Shown: in pieces, positions 37,085 through 48,704 of the stretch
Numbering within the stretch: position 1 is the stretch's first letter
Layout: each line of letters begins with the position of its first letter
Assembly: GCA_951406725.2 (NCBI GenBank)
Contig: OX597839.1
Span: forward strand, 17,298,001 to 17,362,000
Direction of reading: 5' to 3'
From: Octopus vulgaris
Lineage: Eukaryota
Length of the DNA: 64,000 nucleotides
Position numbers and translations under genes: made by a program
Notes under the pieces: generated by a model
Databases searched by the model: none
What the model saw: only the letters and a program-made list of their open reading frames with translations
What the model was told of the DNA's origin: nothing

Positions 37085-39417
37085 TTGTAAATAAACACCA
37101 TGGGGCTTTTTTGCTGCTCTGGAAAAATTCAGTGGAATTGGCAGTTACTATTTTCAGGTGAAAAATGGTGTTTTGTATACAACATACATCACTTTTTCAA
37201 CATATTTATATTCCAGGAAAAAAATTGTTTAATACTTTGCCTGGGTAAAGATTACTGTGCAAAAGAATTATACAATTCTTGTAAATGTTTGAGTTATAGC
37301 TTAGGTATTCCATAATCTGTTTCTCTGACTGTCACGTACGTCACGTGAGATTGGCTATTGACTGTACATTATTATCTTTTACTTATTTCAGTCATTAGAC
37401 TGTGGCCATGCTGAGGTACCACATTCATTATTGTACATTTAATAAGTGTTTCTTTCTCGTTATTTCAACAAATAAAGTCAAGTCTGGGTTTTGACGAGGT
37501 TTAATAAGACAGAAATGCATCTGGAGTTATCTGTTAGACTTTTTAATAGAATAAATATAACATGTCAATGGCTAATATTGACATACAGAATTCTCTCAAG
37601 AATGAAAAAAAAAATACAAGCCAAAAACTAATATTGATTTTTACCTCAGTGTTTAATATTCTCTGTCTTAACAATTCTATGACTATATATTTTAATTAAT
37701 TACACTGCCCATATGTTTTAATTCAGTTGGAATATAATCAACAATTTGAAAGTATTTAATAAAACAATTAGCTTTTGTATAATCTCTTTATTATTAATCA
37801 GCTGAAGTTGCTGAGTGAATCATGGGTCAAGATTTTGGTGCATTGGCACTAATCAAACACAAAACACACAGCCCTTGAGTCACTCAGTAAATTCAATAGA
37901 TTTATAATTTTTTCTACTATAGGCACAAAGGAGCCAATTGATTACATTGACCTCAGAGTTTGACTGGTACTTATTTTATCGACACTAAAAAAAGGCCAAA
38001 TCAACTTTGGTGGAATTTGAACTCAGAATGTAAAGCCAAATGAAATGCTGCTGAGCAGTTTGTCCAGCGTGCTAACAATTCTCACCAACTTAATAATTAA
38101 AATATATATGTACTCATATATTGAGTTTTATTTTCCTTTTTGTATCACGAAATCTATAGCATTTACATTATTAATCTAGTGTTTGTAACATGACATGACA
38201 AAGAGGTTATTAAATAATTCTATATAATAAGCCTCTATTAGCTTACATAACTACAGTGTATGTTGTATATTTGTTATATATGGATAGGTGCAGGTGTAGC
38301 TATAGGTGCAGACATGACTGTGCGGTAAAGAAGTTTGCTTCCCAACCACATGGTGTCAAGTTCAATTGCTTGAGCAAGTGTCTTCTACTATAGTCCCTGG
38401 TTGAATGACCTGTTAATGGAATCAGTAGAGGGAAATTGAAAGAAGCCTGTCGTGTTTATACATATATATATGTGTGTGTGTGTGCATGTATATATATATA
38501 TATATATACACACATTTGTATTTATAAATATGTGTGTACGTATATATGTGTGTATGTATGTATGTATCTATCCATATATATATATATATATATATCTTTT
38601 TATCATCATCATATATCCATTTTCCATGCTGGCATGGTTTGGATGGTTTGACTGTAAACTGATAAGTGGGGAGCTGCATTAGATTCCAATCTGATTTGGC
38701 CTGATTTCCTAATGCCAACCACTCCAATAGTGTAGTGAGTGCTTTTTACACACCATCGGCATGGGTACCAGTTATGTAACACTTGCATCGACCACAGCTA
38801 TGATATACATACACATGTATGTCTACGAATGTGTATGTGTCTTCTTGTCTTGACATTTCATACATAATAGTTTTAATGAATATCATTCATTTCCACTATT
38901 CTGTGAAAATATGTATGGCTTTAGGGATAATATAATCTTACTCGGAAAGAGATATAGGTTGACAACATGAAGGGCATCTGACTATGGAAAATCTGCCTCA
39001 GTAAACTGTCCTTGAATAAACTCTGTCATGGAAAAATGGATGTCAAAATGTTGATGATGATAATACAAACACTTAACCACAAGAGGTTATTTTTATCCAA
39101 AAGAATCAAAATTGTTCTTTCCTTTTTTGTTTGTTTTGTTCTTATATTTTTCTGGTTTCAAATATTGGAATGTAGTTATAAGGGTGCTCCCTTTAAGGGC
39201 TTTAAATTGATCATACTATGTGTTGTATTTCTCTTAATTTGCTACTTATTTGATTATATACATAAGTGCATACATATATATTTATCCATATGTTTGTGTA
39301 TACATAAGAATATGTGTATGTAGAAATATATATACATGTATATATGAATATACATTTGTATAAATGTATGTATGTATACATATATATATACACACACACA
39401 TATACATGTTTATATAA

Positions 39418-39462
<45 letters not shown>

Positions 39463-39493
39463 TACATGTTTATATAAATACATATAAATATAC

Positions 39494-39524
<31 letters not shown>

Positions 39525-39653
39525 AATACAAAATGGGACAAGAACGCAAAACATCCAAATAGACGATACAAAAAACACGGACGGGTCATTTGAAGCCTTT
39601 AATCTTCAGTCAAGAACCGGATCATCCTCGTAATTTCGGCTGATAAATCTTGA
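39525..39653 (-). mobile_element. Probable Penelope-like terminal fragment within a microsatellite
   Basis: CpG-containing island in a TA/CA tract. The minus strand has CAGCCGAAA and CTGAAGA half-motifs followed by a T-rich end. Confidence 0.4.
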
Positions 39654-39741
39654 TATATACACATACATGTTTATATAAATACATACATACATCGATACAC
39701 ACACACACACACGTTCATAAATATATGTGTGCGTATGTGTG

Positions 39742-39779
<38 letters not shown>

Positions 39780-39827
39780 CTTTATTAAAAGCAGCAGAAA
39801 TATCACAAAAACTGTTACTCATATATG

Positions 39828-40125
39828 GAGAAGTTCTTAAGCAGATCAGGCCGAAAATGTCACTAGAAGCTAGGATCACCAAGCATAGATTGGCATATTT
39901 TGGTCATATTATGAGGAGAAAATCCCAGGAGAAGGACATCATTCTTGGAATGGTCAGTGGCAAGAGAGGAAGAGGCCGACCAAGAACCCACTGGCTTGAC
40001 ACCATCAAGAGTGATACTGGAATGGACATAGCCAGTCTGAAAGAAGCGTCCCAGGATAGAACTGACTGGGGGACACTGATCCATGGAGTAACCGAGAGTT
40101 GACTTCGACTGAGCGGATAGATAGA
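39828..40125 (+). mobile_element. RTE/BovB-like LINE 3' end
   Basis: RLAYFGHIMRRKSQEKDIILGMVSGKRGRGRPRTHWLDTIK...DRTDWGTLIHGVTES is colinear with the BovB C-terminus, followed by a GATAGATAG tail. Confidence 0.88.
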
Positions 40126-40147
40126 GATATATATACATACATATTTG

Positions 40148-40182
<35 letters not shown>

Positions 40183-40184
<2 letters not shown>

Positions 40185-40457
40185 TGGAGTAAGCACATAA
40201 ATGTGAAACAAGGTGGAAAAAAGAGTACTCAAATATCAGAGGTAGAGTAATATGCTTTATTAAAAGCATCAGAAATATCACAAAAACTGTTACTCAAAGT
40301 TTCACATTTCGATTCATCAGTTTTGTTAGAATCTAACAAAACTGTCTGATGAACATGAACGTGAAACTTTGAAATTTAACAAAACTGTTCAACCAGCGGG
40401 AATGTGAAACTGAGTAACAGTTTTTGTGATATTTCTGCTGCTTTTAATAAAGTATAT

Positions 40458-40459
<2 letters not shown>
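40183..40459. mobile_element. Penelope-like palindromic terminal repeat with three decayed hammerhead cores
   Basis: Arms 40256-40330 and 40331-40452 are inverted. Composite: AAAACTGT-CTGATGA-AC...GT-GAAA-CT(T)TGAG-TA-ACAGTTTT. Confidence 0.65.
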
Positions 40460-40490
<31 letters not shown>

Positions 40491-41127
40491 GTTTAACGTC
40501 CGTTTTCCGCGCTAGTACGGGTTGGATGGTTCGACCGGGGTCTGGGGAACCAGGGGCTGCTCCAGGCTCCAGTCTGATCTGGCAGTGTTTGTACAGCTGG
40601 ATGCCCTTCCTAGCGCCAACCACTCTGCGAGTGTAGTGGGTGCTTTTTACGTGCCACCTGCACAGGTGCCAGAGGGGTCTGGCATCGGCCACGATCGGAT
40701 GGTGCTTTTTATGTGCCACCGGCACAGAAGCCAGTCGAGGCGGTGCTGGCATCGGCCACGTTTGGATGGTGCTTTTTATGTGCCACCGGCACAGAAGCCA
40801 GTCGAGGCTGCACTGGCAACGGCCACGATCGGATGGTGCTTTTTATGTGTCACCGGCACAGGTATCACAACTACTGTTTCCATTGATATTTGGTTCGATG
40901 TTCATGTACATGCACTTGACTCAACAGGTCTCCTCAAGCACAGCGAGATGTTCCGGGATCCAAGGTACTTTGAATGGGCAGGGGGTATGCGGAACTGGTG
41001 CCGGAAGCATCCCGGGTCTTAGTAGTCACAGCACATCTCCAGAGATCTCGGTCCTTCGCCATTGCCTCAGTGAGGCCCAACGCTCTGAGGTCATGCTTGA
41101 CTACCTCATCCCATGTCTTCCTGGGTA
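40460..41127 (-). mobile_element. Young RTE LINE 3' end with minisatellite-bearing 3' UTR and (GAT)n tail
   Basis: Minus strand reads PRKTWDEVVKHDLRALGLTEAMAKDRDLWRCAV. CpG-rich, with (CAT)n at 40460-40490. Confidence 0.85.
40639..40862. repeat. Minisatellite with units starting at 40639, 40701, 40768 and 40835 (62, 67, 67 bp, then partial)
   Basis: GGTGCTTTTTA(C/T)GTGCCACC.GCACAG...CTGGCA.CGGCCACG...GGAT. Confidence 0.92.
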
Positions 41128-41289
41128 CACACGCATATATTTATGAACGCGTGTGTGTGTGTGTGTATCTATGCATTTCTGTCAAATCCCCAATGAATTT
41201 ACATGGGATCTCCTAACAATAATGTAAACTTCATATATTCAAGGTATCCTTGGCCTACCCCTCATTTGGATAATTTACTACTTCTGACG

Positions 41290-41396
41290 TTCAACTAGTC
41301 CCACTGAGTGGCACCTTGGGCAAGTTCTACTATAGCCTTGGGTCAACCAAAGCCTTGTGAGTGGATTTGGTAGATGGAAACTGCAAGAAGCCCATC

Positions 41397-41436
<40 letters not shown>

Positions 41437-41630
41437 ATGTGTGTGTATATGTCTTGACATCTCTTGACAACCAATGCTGGTGTGTTTACATCCCCCTAAG
41501 CTAGCAGTTCAGCAAATGAGATTGATAGAATAAGTACTAGGCTTACAAAGAATAAGTCCTGAGGTCAATTTGCTTGACTAAAGGCGGTGCTCCAGCATGG
41601 CCACAGTCAAATGACAGAAGCAAGTAAAAG
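41290..41630 (+). mobile_element. 5'-clipped SINE family A
   Basis: AGTCCCACTGAGTGGCACCTTGGGCAAGT...AAGGCGGTGCTCCAGCATGGCC. Confidence 0.8.
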
Positions 41631-41801
41631 ATATATATATATATATATATATATATATCATCATCATCATCATCGTTTAGCATCCGTTTTCCATGCTAGC
41701 ATGGGTTGGACGGTTCAGCTGGGGTCTGTGAAGCTGGAAGGCTTCATCAGGCCTAGTCAGATCTGGCAGTGTTTCTATGGCTGGATGCCTTTCCTAACGC
41801 C

Positions 41802-41849
<48 letters not shown>

Positions 41850-42329
41850 ACACACTCCACTCTGTGTATATATGTTTATATATACATTACTTGTTATAGC
41901 TTATGGTCAATGGCATTCCGACCATAGCCACCTCATGTGATTTCTACCCCAAATATATTCTGACATATATTCAGAATGATAACATCCAACATTTCATGGC
42001 CTCTTTTAAACACAACATAGTCTGATTTGACTACTATTTCTAGCAACTGAGTGGCCACTAAATGGTTCCCTTATTTGTGTTTCATGATACTATGTCATGA
42101 AAAGTATACTTTCATGTTTGTTGACTTTTGACTTTTTTCAATATCAGAGATGAAAGTATGTTTTAGTATATGGTGTATTCCTATAGTGCTTAGTCCCCAC
42201 CACCTGTCTGCCATTAAATAGAACACTAAAGCTTCATAATTATACTGTACTTTAAAAGTTCTGTACTTTAAAACTTCTTTCATGTTTTCTCAACTCTCTG
42301 TGTGTTGGTGTAATGTTATGTTCTCTCTC

Positions 42330-42438
42330 ACATATATAGACAAACACTCACATAGACATGCATAAACATACTCAAACATGTATGTGTATATATGCATATA
42401 TCTATATATATATATGTATATAAGTGTGTATAAATGTA

Positions 42439-42473
<35 letters not shown>

Positions 42474-42552
42474 CTAGTCATACTTGCTTATGTGTATGTA
42501 TATATACATACCTGTGTTTGTGTGTATATATACATGTATGTATATATGTGTC

Positions 42553-42585
<33 letters not shown>

Positions 42586-43285
42586 GTATATGTGTGTGTG
42601 TATATATACATGTATATATGTGTGTCTGTGTGTGTGCATGTGTATATGTGCATGTATTGGTGTGTGTTTGTATGTATGTGCGTGTGCGTTTGTATGTGTG
42701 TATATATATTTATATACAAGGCGCAGGCATGGCTGTGTTCTAAGAAGCTTGTTTCTCAACTGCATGGTTCTGGCTTCAGTCCCACTGCATGACACCTTGG
42801 GTAAGTGTCATCTACTATAGTGCTGGTCCAACCAAAGGCTTGTGTGTGGCTTTAGTTGACAGAAGCTGAAAGAAGCCCATCATATGTATACGTTTATATT
42901 TATGTGTGTGTGTGTGTGTGTGTATCTGTGTTTGTCCCCGCCACCAAAACGTGACAACTAATGTTGGTGTGTTTATGTCCCTGTAACTTAGCAGTTTTGC
43001 AAAAAAGACCAAAAGAATAAGTACTGGGCTTACAAAGAAGAAGTCATAGGGTCTATTTTTTGTTGACAGTACTCAAGCATGGCTGCAATCTAATGACTGA
43101 AACAAACAAAAAAAATATAAAAGAGTTGTATTTATTTATCACCCAATGAGATACATCTGCACCACCAGATGCTCCTGAACCAGTTGTTGGGTGTCCCACC
43201 CATGAGGAATCAGTGCTAGCTGTGTCGAAACAATTGTTGCGATTAATAATAATTTCTTGTATATTCCATCTTCTGTCTTTCATTT

Positions 43286-43369
<84 letters not shown>

Positions 43370-43610
43370 CGTGTGTGTGTGTGTTTATATATATATATAT
43401 ATATATATGTAGATGTGTATATGTTTGTGTATATATATGTATACATGTGTGTATATATATATGTACATGTGTATGTGTGTGTATATATATATATATATAT
43501 ACATGTGTATACATATATATATATATATACATGTGTATATGTGTGTGTGTGCGTGTATGTTTGTATATTTATACACACACACAGACTCAAACATATACAC
43601 ATACATGCAC
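42330..43610. repeat. Compound TA/TG/TC microsatellite field containing a full SINE A (42718-43110, +)
   Basis: Direct inspection. This field accounts for the YI/VC/HT pseudo-ORFs. Confidence 0.9.
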
Positions 43611-43951
43611 ATTCGTTCATTTACACCAAGAGTCTATAGTAAATTATATTTCATACATATATTTCTCGTGTTTTCCTAACTTGTAGACATGATAGAAAAT
43701 ATATATGTCACAAGAGAAGGCTAGCACTAAACATCTTCCCCTTACAATCGCACAATTGAGACATGGCCTATGAAATAACCTTGGTTATAACTGCAAGTGT
43801 GGCCGCAGCTGCTGTTTTGAGGGAAAGGAGAACATAAGTTGCAATTTTTCTTATTACTCTGTGGATAATTCTATGGCTTGCTAATTGGCAGAAACATTAT
43901 TTTCAGCACAAAGCACTAATGTATGTAATCCTTTGTTTTTGTGTCTTCCAG

Positions 43952-43984
43952 GTGTACTAGTCAAATGAAATCGTGCCCACTAAA
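43952..43984 (+). CDS. Candidate 33-nt symmetric micro-exon
   Basis: Branch-like CACTAAT at 43914-43920, acceptor TTTTTGTGTCTTCCAG and donor AA/GTATGT. The only open frame is (x)CTSQMKSCPL(K/N). Confidence 0.28.
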
Positions 43985-44229
43985 GTATGTGCATTGGTTC
44001 AATGGGTTTAACTCAAATTATTTCATTACCAGAAAGAAAAAAAAAAGTAAACACTATTGACATCTAGTAAGACGAATCTCTTCCCTGCAATAGAAATGAA
44101 CAACCAAGGGCAGACATAGCTGTGTGGCTAAGAGGTTCATTTTGCAATCATACGGTTTTGAGTTCAGTCCCATTGCACAGCACCTTGGGTGCCTTCTACT
44201 ATAGCTCTGGACCAGCCAATGCTTGTGTG

Positions 44230-44272
<43 letters not shown>

Positions 44273-44621
44273 CTGTGTAGGTGCAGCGGCCCAACTTTGC
44301 ATATAGGACCTGGGGTGATGTTTTGAGACATTGTACAGGGAAAGAATGTAAATGTTTCTCATATGCCAATTGGTCCCTTGTGACCATACTGTGGCACCAC
44401 ATTGTAAAATTATGAAAGCAAATAAAAAAAAAAGTGAAAATAATAATGATTTCAAATTTTGGGAAAAACCCAGCAGTTTTAGGGGAAGGAGATAATTGAT
44501 TACATCATCCTTAGTGCGTGACTGGTACTTCGCTTTTCAACTTTTTGGGGTAGAAAAAAAGAGTCTATCTCTGCAGAATTTGAACACAGAATGTAAAGAT
44601 GGACGAAATATTAGTAAGCAT

Positions 44622-44912
44622 ATTTTGCTGGGTATGATGGAAAGTGTCAGTCTGCAGGCTGTGAACAGCTAAGGTGACACTTGTTTACTGATTATGCTTC
44701 AAGAACCCTGCTGAGAACTCTTGCAGATCATAGCAATGGTAATTTTTTTAGGTGTTCTGTTTTTATGTTTGCACTAGTCTTCTTGAGCCATGTTGGTAGT
44801 TGAGTGCTGATACTTCCAAGTGCACTAATTACTACTGGTATCACGTCCACTTTCTTAATTGCCCACAACCTGTGTATTTCCCAGTATCATGCAAGTTTTT
44901 TTCTTTTTTGTT
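44622..44912 (-). mobile_element. 3' remnant of an RLE-type (R4/Dong-like) non-LTR retrotransposon
   Basis: Minus strand reads WEIHRLWAIKKVDVIPVVISALGSISTQLPTWLKK...EHLKK...SARVL.RVLEA*, matching the VxVVPIVIGALG...LQKxxLLGTARILRRVL terminus. It sits next to (ATT)n. Confidence 0.7.
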
Positions 44913-44914
44913 CA

Positions 44915-44950
<36 letters not shown>

Positions 44951-44951
<1 letters not shown>

Positions 44952-45175
44952 GGGTGGTGAGCTGGCAGAATCATTAGCACATCAGGTGAAATGCTTAGCA
45001 GTATTTCATCTGCTGCTATGTTCTGAGTTCAAATTCTGCTGAAGTTGACCTTGCCTTTCATCCTTTTGGGGTTGGTGAAATAAATAGCAGTTATGCACTG
45101 GGGTTGATGTAATTGACTAGCCCACTTCCCCCCAAAAATTTCAAGGCCTTGTGCCTTGAGTAAAAATAATTATTA
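44951..45175 (+). mobile_element. Well-preserved SINE family B
   Basis: GGTGGTGAGCTGGCAGAATCATTAGCAC...GAGTTCAAATTC...GCCTTTCATCCTTTTGGGG, preceded by (ATT)n. Confidence 0.85.
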
Positions 45176-45639
45176 ATATACACTTGAGGAATTTCCAAGT
45201 GCTAAGACCACATCTCCTCCTCATAATTTTAGTAACATTAACATCTAATTTTAGAATCATTTAAAGTAAGGACATTGTTTCAATGCCTTTTAAGTGTGTC
45301 TAAAGCGAACTCTTCATACTGGCCATATTCTGTGTAAACGAGTTTTCTCTAATCTTTAAACTCAGTGTTATAATGAATTGTATTTTCCATTATTTTTAAT
45401 CAATATTATTTTAATGTATGTTTGAAATATTTCCATCTATCAAGTCAAGGCATTTCATGAGAAAGAAACAAAGAAACCTTGTCTAATTGTTTAGTAGCAG
45501 CAGTAGTTGTATTAGCATCAGTAGTAATCATAGTTGCAGTAGAAGTGGGTAGTAGTAACATAAGTAGTAGTAGTGGTTGTTGTAGCAACAGCTGTAGTAG
45601 TGATAGTAGCAGCAGCAACATTATTATTGTTAGTAGTAT

Positions 45640-45863
45640 TAAGGCAACAAGTTGGTAGAATTGTTGGCACACTGGGTGAAATGCTTAATGGGATTTGGTC
45701 AACATTTACATTCTGAATCCATATTCTGCTAGGATTGACTTTACCTTTCATCCTTCCAGGATTGATAAAAAAAGTACCAGTTAAACACTGGAGACAGTTT
45801 AATTGACTAGTCCCCTCCCCAAAATTGCAGGCCTTGTGCTTATAGTAGAAAGGATTATTATTA
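45640..45863 (+). mobile_element. SINE family B
   Basis: Same blocks, with tail TAGTAGAAAGGATTATTATT. Confidence 0.75.
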
Positions 45864-46099
45864 CTAAGCAAGCTGGCTTGCCCTTTATTATCTTTGACCC
45901 TAGTAGACCTATGTGTTCAAGTTTCCAGTTACATGACCACCCAATCTTATTTTCAGAAAATTCAGCCAGGAGTTCATTATCAAATTTGTCTTTTGATCTC
46001 TAAGGTAATTTGAGGGTAATTTGGTTGCTGTTTATAGAAGGTTGGGCAATCATCTGGAGATTCCCCCACTTTTGATACTTGGAGCATTTAAAACACCCC

Positions 46100-46290
46100 C
46101 TTGATCCTCATTCTCATCATTGTCATATTCATCATCATCGTCATCATCTTCCTTATCATCCTCATTATCCACATCATAATACTCTGCCTCTTCATCCTCC
46201 TTCACGTCATAATCATCCTTATCCTCATCTCCCTCCTCATACTCCTCATCTTTCTCATCATACTTCTCATCTTCCTCATCATTACCATCT
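46100..46290. repeat. Degenerate (CAT/CCT)n tract
   Basis: Direct inspection. The minus strand reads as D/E-rich codons. Confidence 0.8.
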
Positions 46291-46937
46291 TTTTCTTGCC
46301 ATTTATTTTGAGCAAGGTTTTATGATGTTCCTCATATAAATATATGAACATTACTTTATGGTGCATCATTTCTCTGAAGAACTTCCAGTTAGTCATAAGT
46401 CCTGTTATTCTAATTGCTTCTCTCCTCAAACTGCTGCTCTCTGGAACTTACTACCATCATCTTGTTTTTCTCTGTTCTATCATATTTAGTCATTCAGTCT
46501 TTTAAACTTTATCATTCGACAGCTTTTCAACTTGTAAGCCTTTTCTTTTTCTTCTTGGTAGTCCCTTATGCTACAGTGTCCCTCAGGTCTTAATTGAAAC
46601 AAAAATGTCCAAAAAAATGTATAATTAAATTAAGCTAAGAATGATGTGACTATTTCCTTATGTTCATAAATAATACAAACAAAATGATAAGTTGGAATAA
46701 AAAATTATTATTGCTGACCAAAACATTCCAAGATCTCAGTTTTCTACTCAGTATAGGCATGGATGTGTGTTTAATAAGTTTGCTTAATATCATGTCGTGT
46801 TGGGTTCAGTTGTACTACATGGCATCTTGAGCAACTATCTTCTACCATAGTCCCAGGCCAAACAGAATCTTGTAAGTGATTCAGTGGATGGTAAGTGAAA
46901 GAAGCCTGTTGTATATGTATTTATGTGTGAGTGTGTA

Positions 46938-46985
<48 letters not shown>

Positions 46986-47066
46986 TATATAAGCAAAATA
47001 GTGAGTTATAAAATCTCACGAAGAGACCAGAGTAATCATCATCATCATTTCTAACTATACTAAGCA

Positions 47067-47139
<73 letters not shown>

Positions 47140-47155
47140 TATATATATATATATA

Positions 47156-47207
<52 letters not shown>

Positions 47208-47826
47208 TATATATAAATATATATATATGTGTGTAGTGTATATAAGTATGTATATGTGTATATATGTATATATATGTGTGTGTGTGTTTATATATGTGTA
47301 TATGTATCATGTGTGTGTGTATAGAACCACATAGTTCCAGGTTCAGTCCCACTGTATGGCTCCTTGGGCAGGCTTCTCTACTATAGTCTTGGGCTGACTA
47401 AAGCCTTATGAGTGGATTCAGTAGACCAAAGGAGAAAGAAGCCTGTCGTGTGTGTTTGTCCCTGCTACTGCTTGATAACTGCTGTTGGTGTGTTTATGTC
47501 CCCATTCATCATCAACTTGTCAATAGTACTAATTAGTATTGTGTTTCTATTTTCTTTTTGATTTAATGAGTAATTAGTTTGAGCATTTGGTTGTACCTTG
47601 TAATAAATGAAATATTGAATAAATTGGAAGTGACAGGGAAAATTGTGAAAGACACTGAACTTTTGATTAATTATAAATGTGAAGAAGGTGGTTCCTGGGA
47701 AAACTTATAATGTGACAATATGACATCAGTAATGTTGTGTAGGGATGAGATGTATTTTTTCTTCACATTTCAGTAAAAAGAAAGCATTTTCTATGTGTGT
47801 GTAGTTATATATATATATATATATGT

Positions 47827-48133
47827 GGAGGCACAATGGCCCAGTGGTTGGGGCAGTGGACTCATGGTCGTAGAATCGTGGTTTCGATTCCGAGACCGGG
47901 CGTTGTGTGTGTTTATTGAGCGAAAACGCCTAAAGCTCCACGGTGCTCCGGCAGGGGTGGTAGCAACCCCTGCTGTACTCTTTCGCCGCAACTTTCTCTC
48001 ACTCTTTCTTCTGTTGGCCTGCTTGCTTAGCCAGCGGGGTGGCATCATTTGAAGGCTAAAACAATGCAAAGCGCATTGTGACCAGCGATGTGTAGCAACA
48101 TCTGATAGCCTGGTCGGTCACGTGATGGTGATA
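47827..48133 (+). mobile_element. Full-length tRNA-derived SINE family C with tail type 1
   Basis: A box TGGCCCAGTGG, B box GTTTCGATTCC, inserted in (TA)n. Confidence 0.9.
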
Positions 48134-48200
48134 TATATATATATATATACACAGACACACACACACACACACACACAATATATAAATATACATATATATA

Positions 48201-48428
48201 TATCACGTGATCACGTGACCAACCAGACCATCAGATTTTGCTACACATCACTGGTCACAATGCGTTCGCATTGTTTTAGCCTTCGAATGATGCCACCCCG
48301 CTGGCTAAGCGAGCAGGCCAACAGAAGAAAGAGTGAGAGAAAGAGTGGTAAAGGAGTACAGCAGGGATCACCACCCCCTGCTGGAGCCTCGTGGAGCTTT
48401 TAGGTGTTTTCGCTCAATAAACACACAC
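48201..48428 (-). mobile_element. 5'-truncated SINE family C, inverted relative to 47827-48133
   Basis: Reverse complement of about 47905-48133. Confidence 0.9.
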
Positions 48429-48704
48429 ATAAGTTTCCATCTACCAAATCCACTTACAAGCTTTTTGGTTGGTCTGAGGCTGTAGTAGACCAAGGTGTCA
48501 TGAGGGGGACTAAACCCCAAAACATGTGATTAGAAAGTAAACTTTTTACCACGCAATCACTCTTGTGATTAAATGAGAAGCTTACAGTACCTAGGTTTCT
48601 CAAGCAGTCACCCATCTAAGTACTAACTAGGCTTGACATTGTTTAAATTAAGTGATTGGATGTGAACCAGTGCATTCAGTGATATGGCTGTAAGTATATA
48701 TATA

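Noticed and set aside
40639-40862. CRISPR-like repeat array
   Set aside because: The intervening sequences are themselves repeated, there are no cas genes, and the context is a eukaryotic LINE 3' UTR.
40522-41146. Longest non-transposase ORFs (166 and 168 aa)
   Set aside because: They run antisense across the RTE 3' UTR and minisatellite, and the repeated peptide merely mirrors the DNA repeat.
42290-43686. Many overlapping ORFs rich in YI, VC and HT
   Set aside because: They are translations of TA/TG/CA microsatellites. The same applies at 24549, 38422-39800, 46921 and 59972-60297.
47827-47900. tRNA gene (also 25455-25526, 62692-62765, 9872-9945)
   Set aside because: A/B boxes are present but the acceptor stem does not close and each continues into a SINE body.
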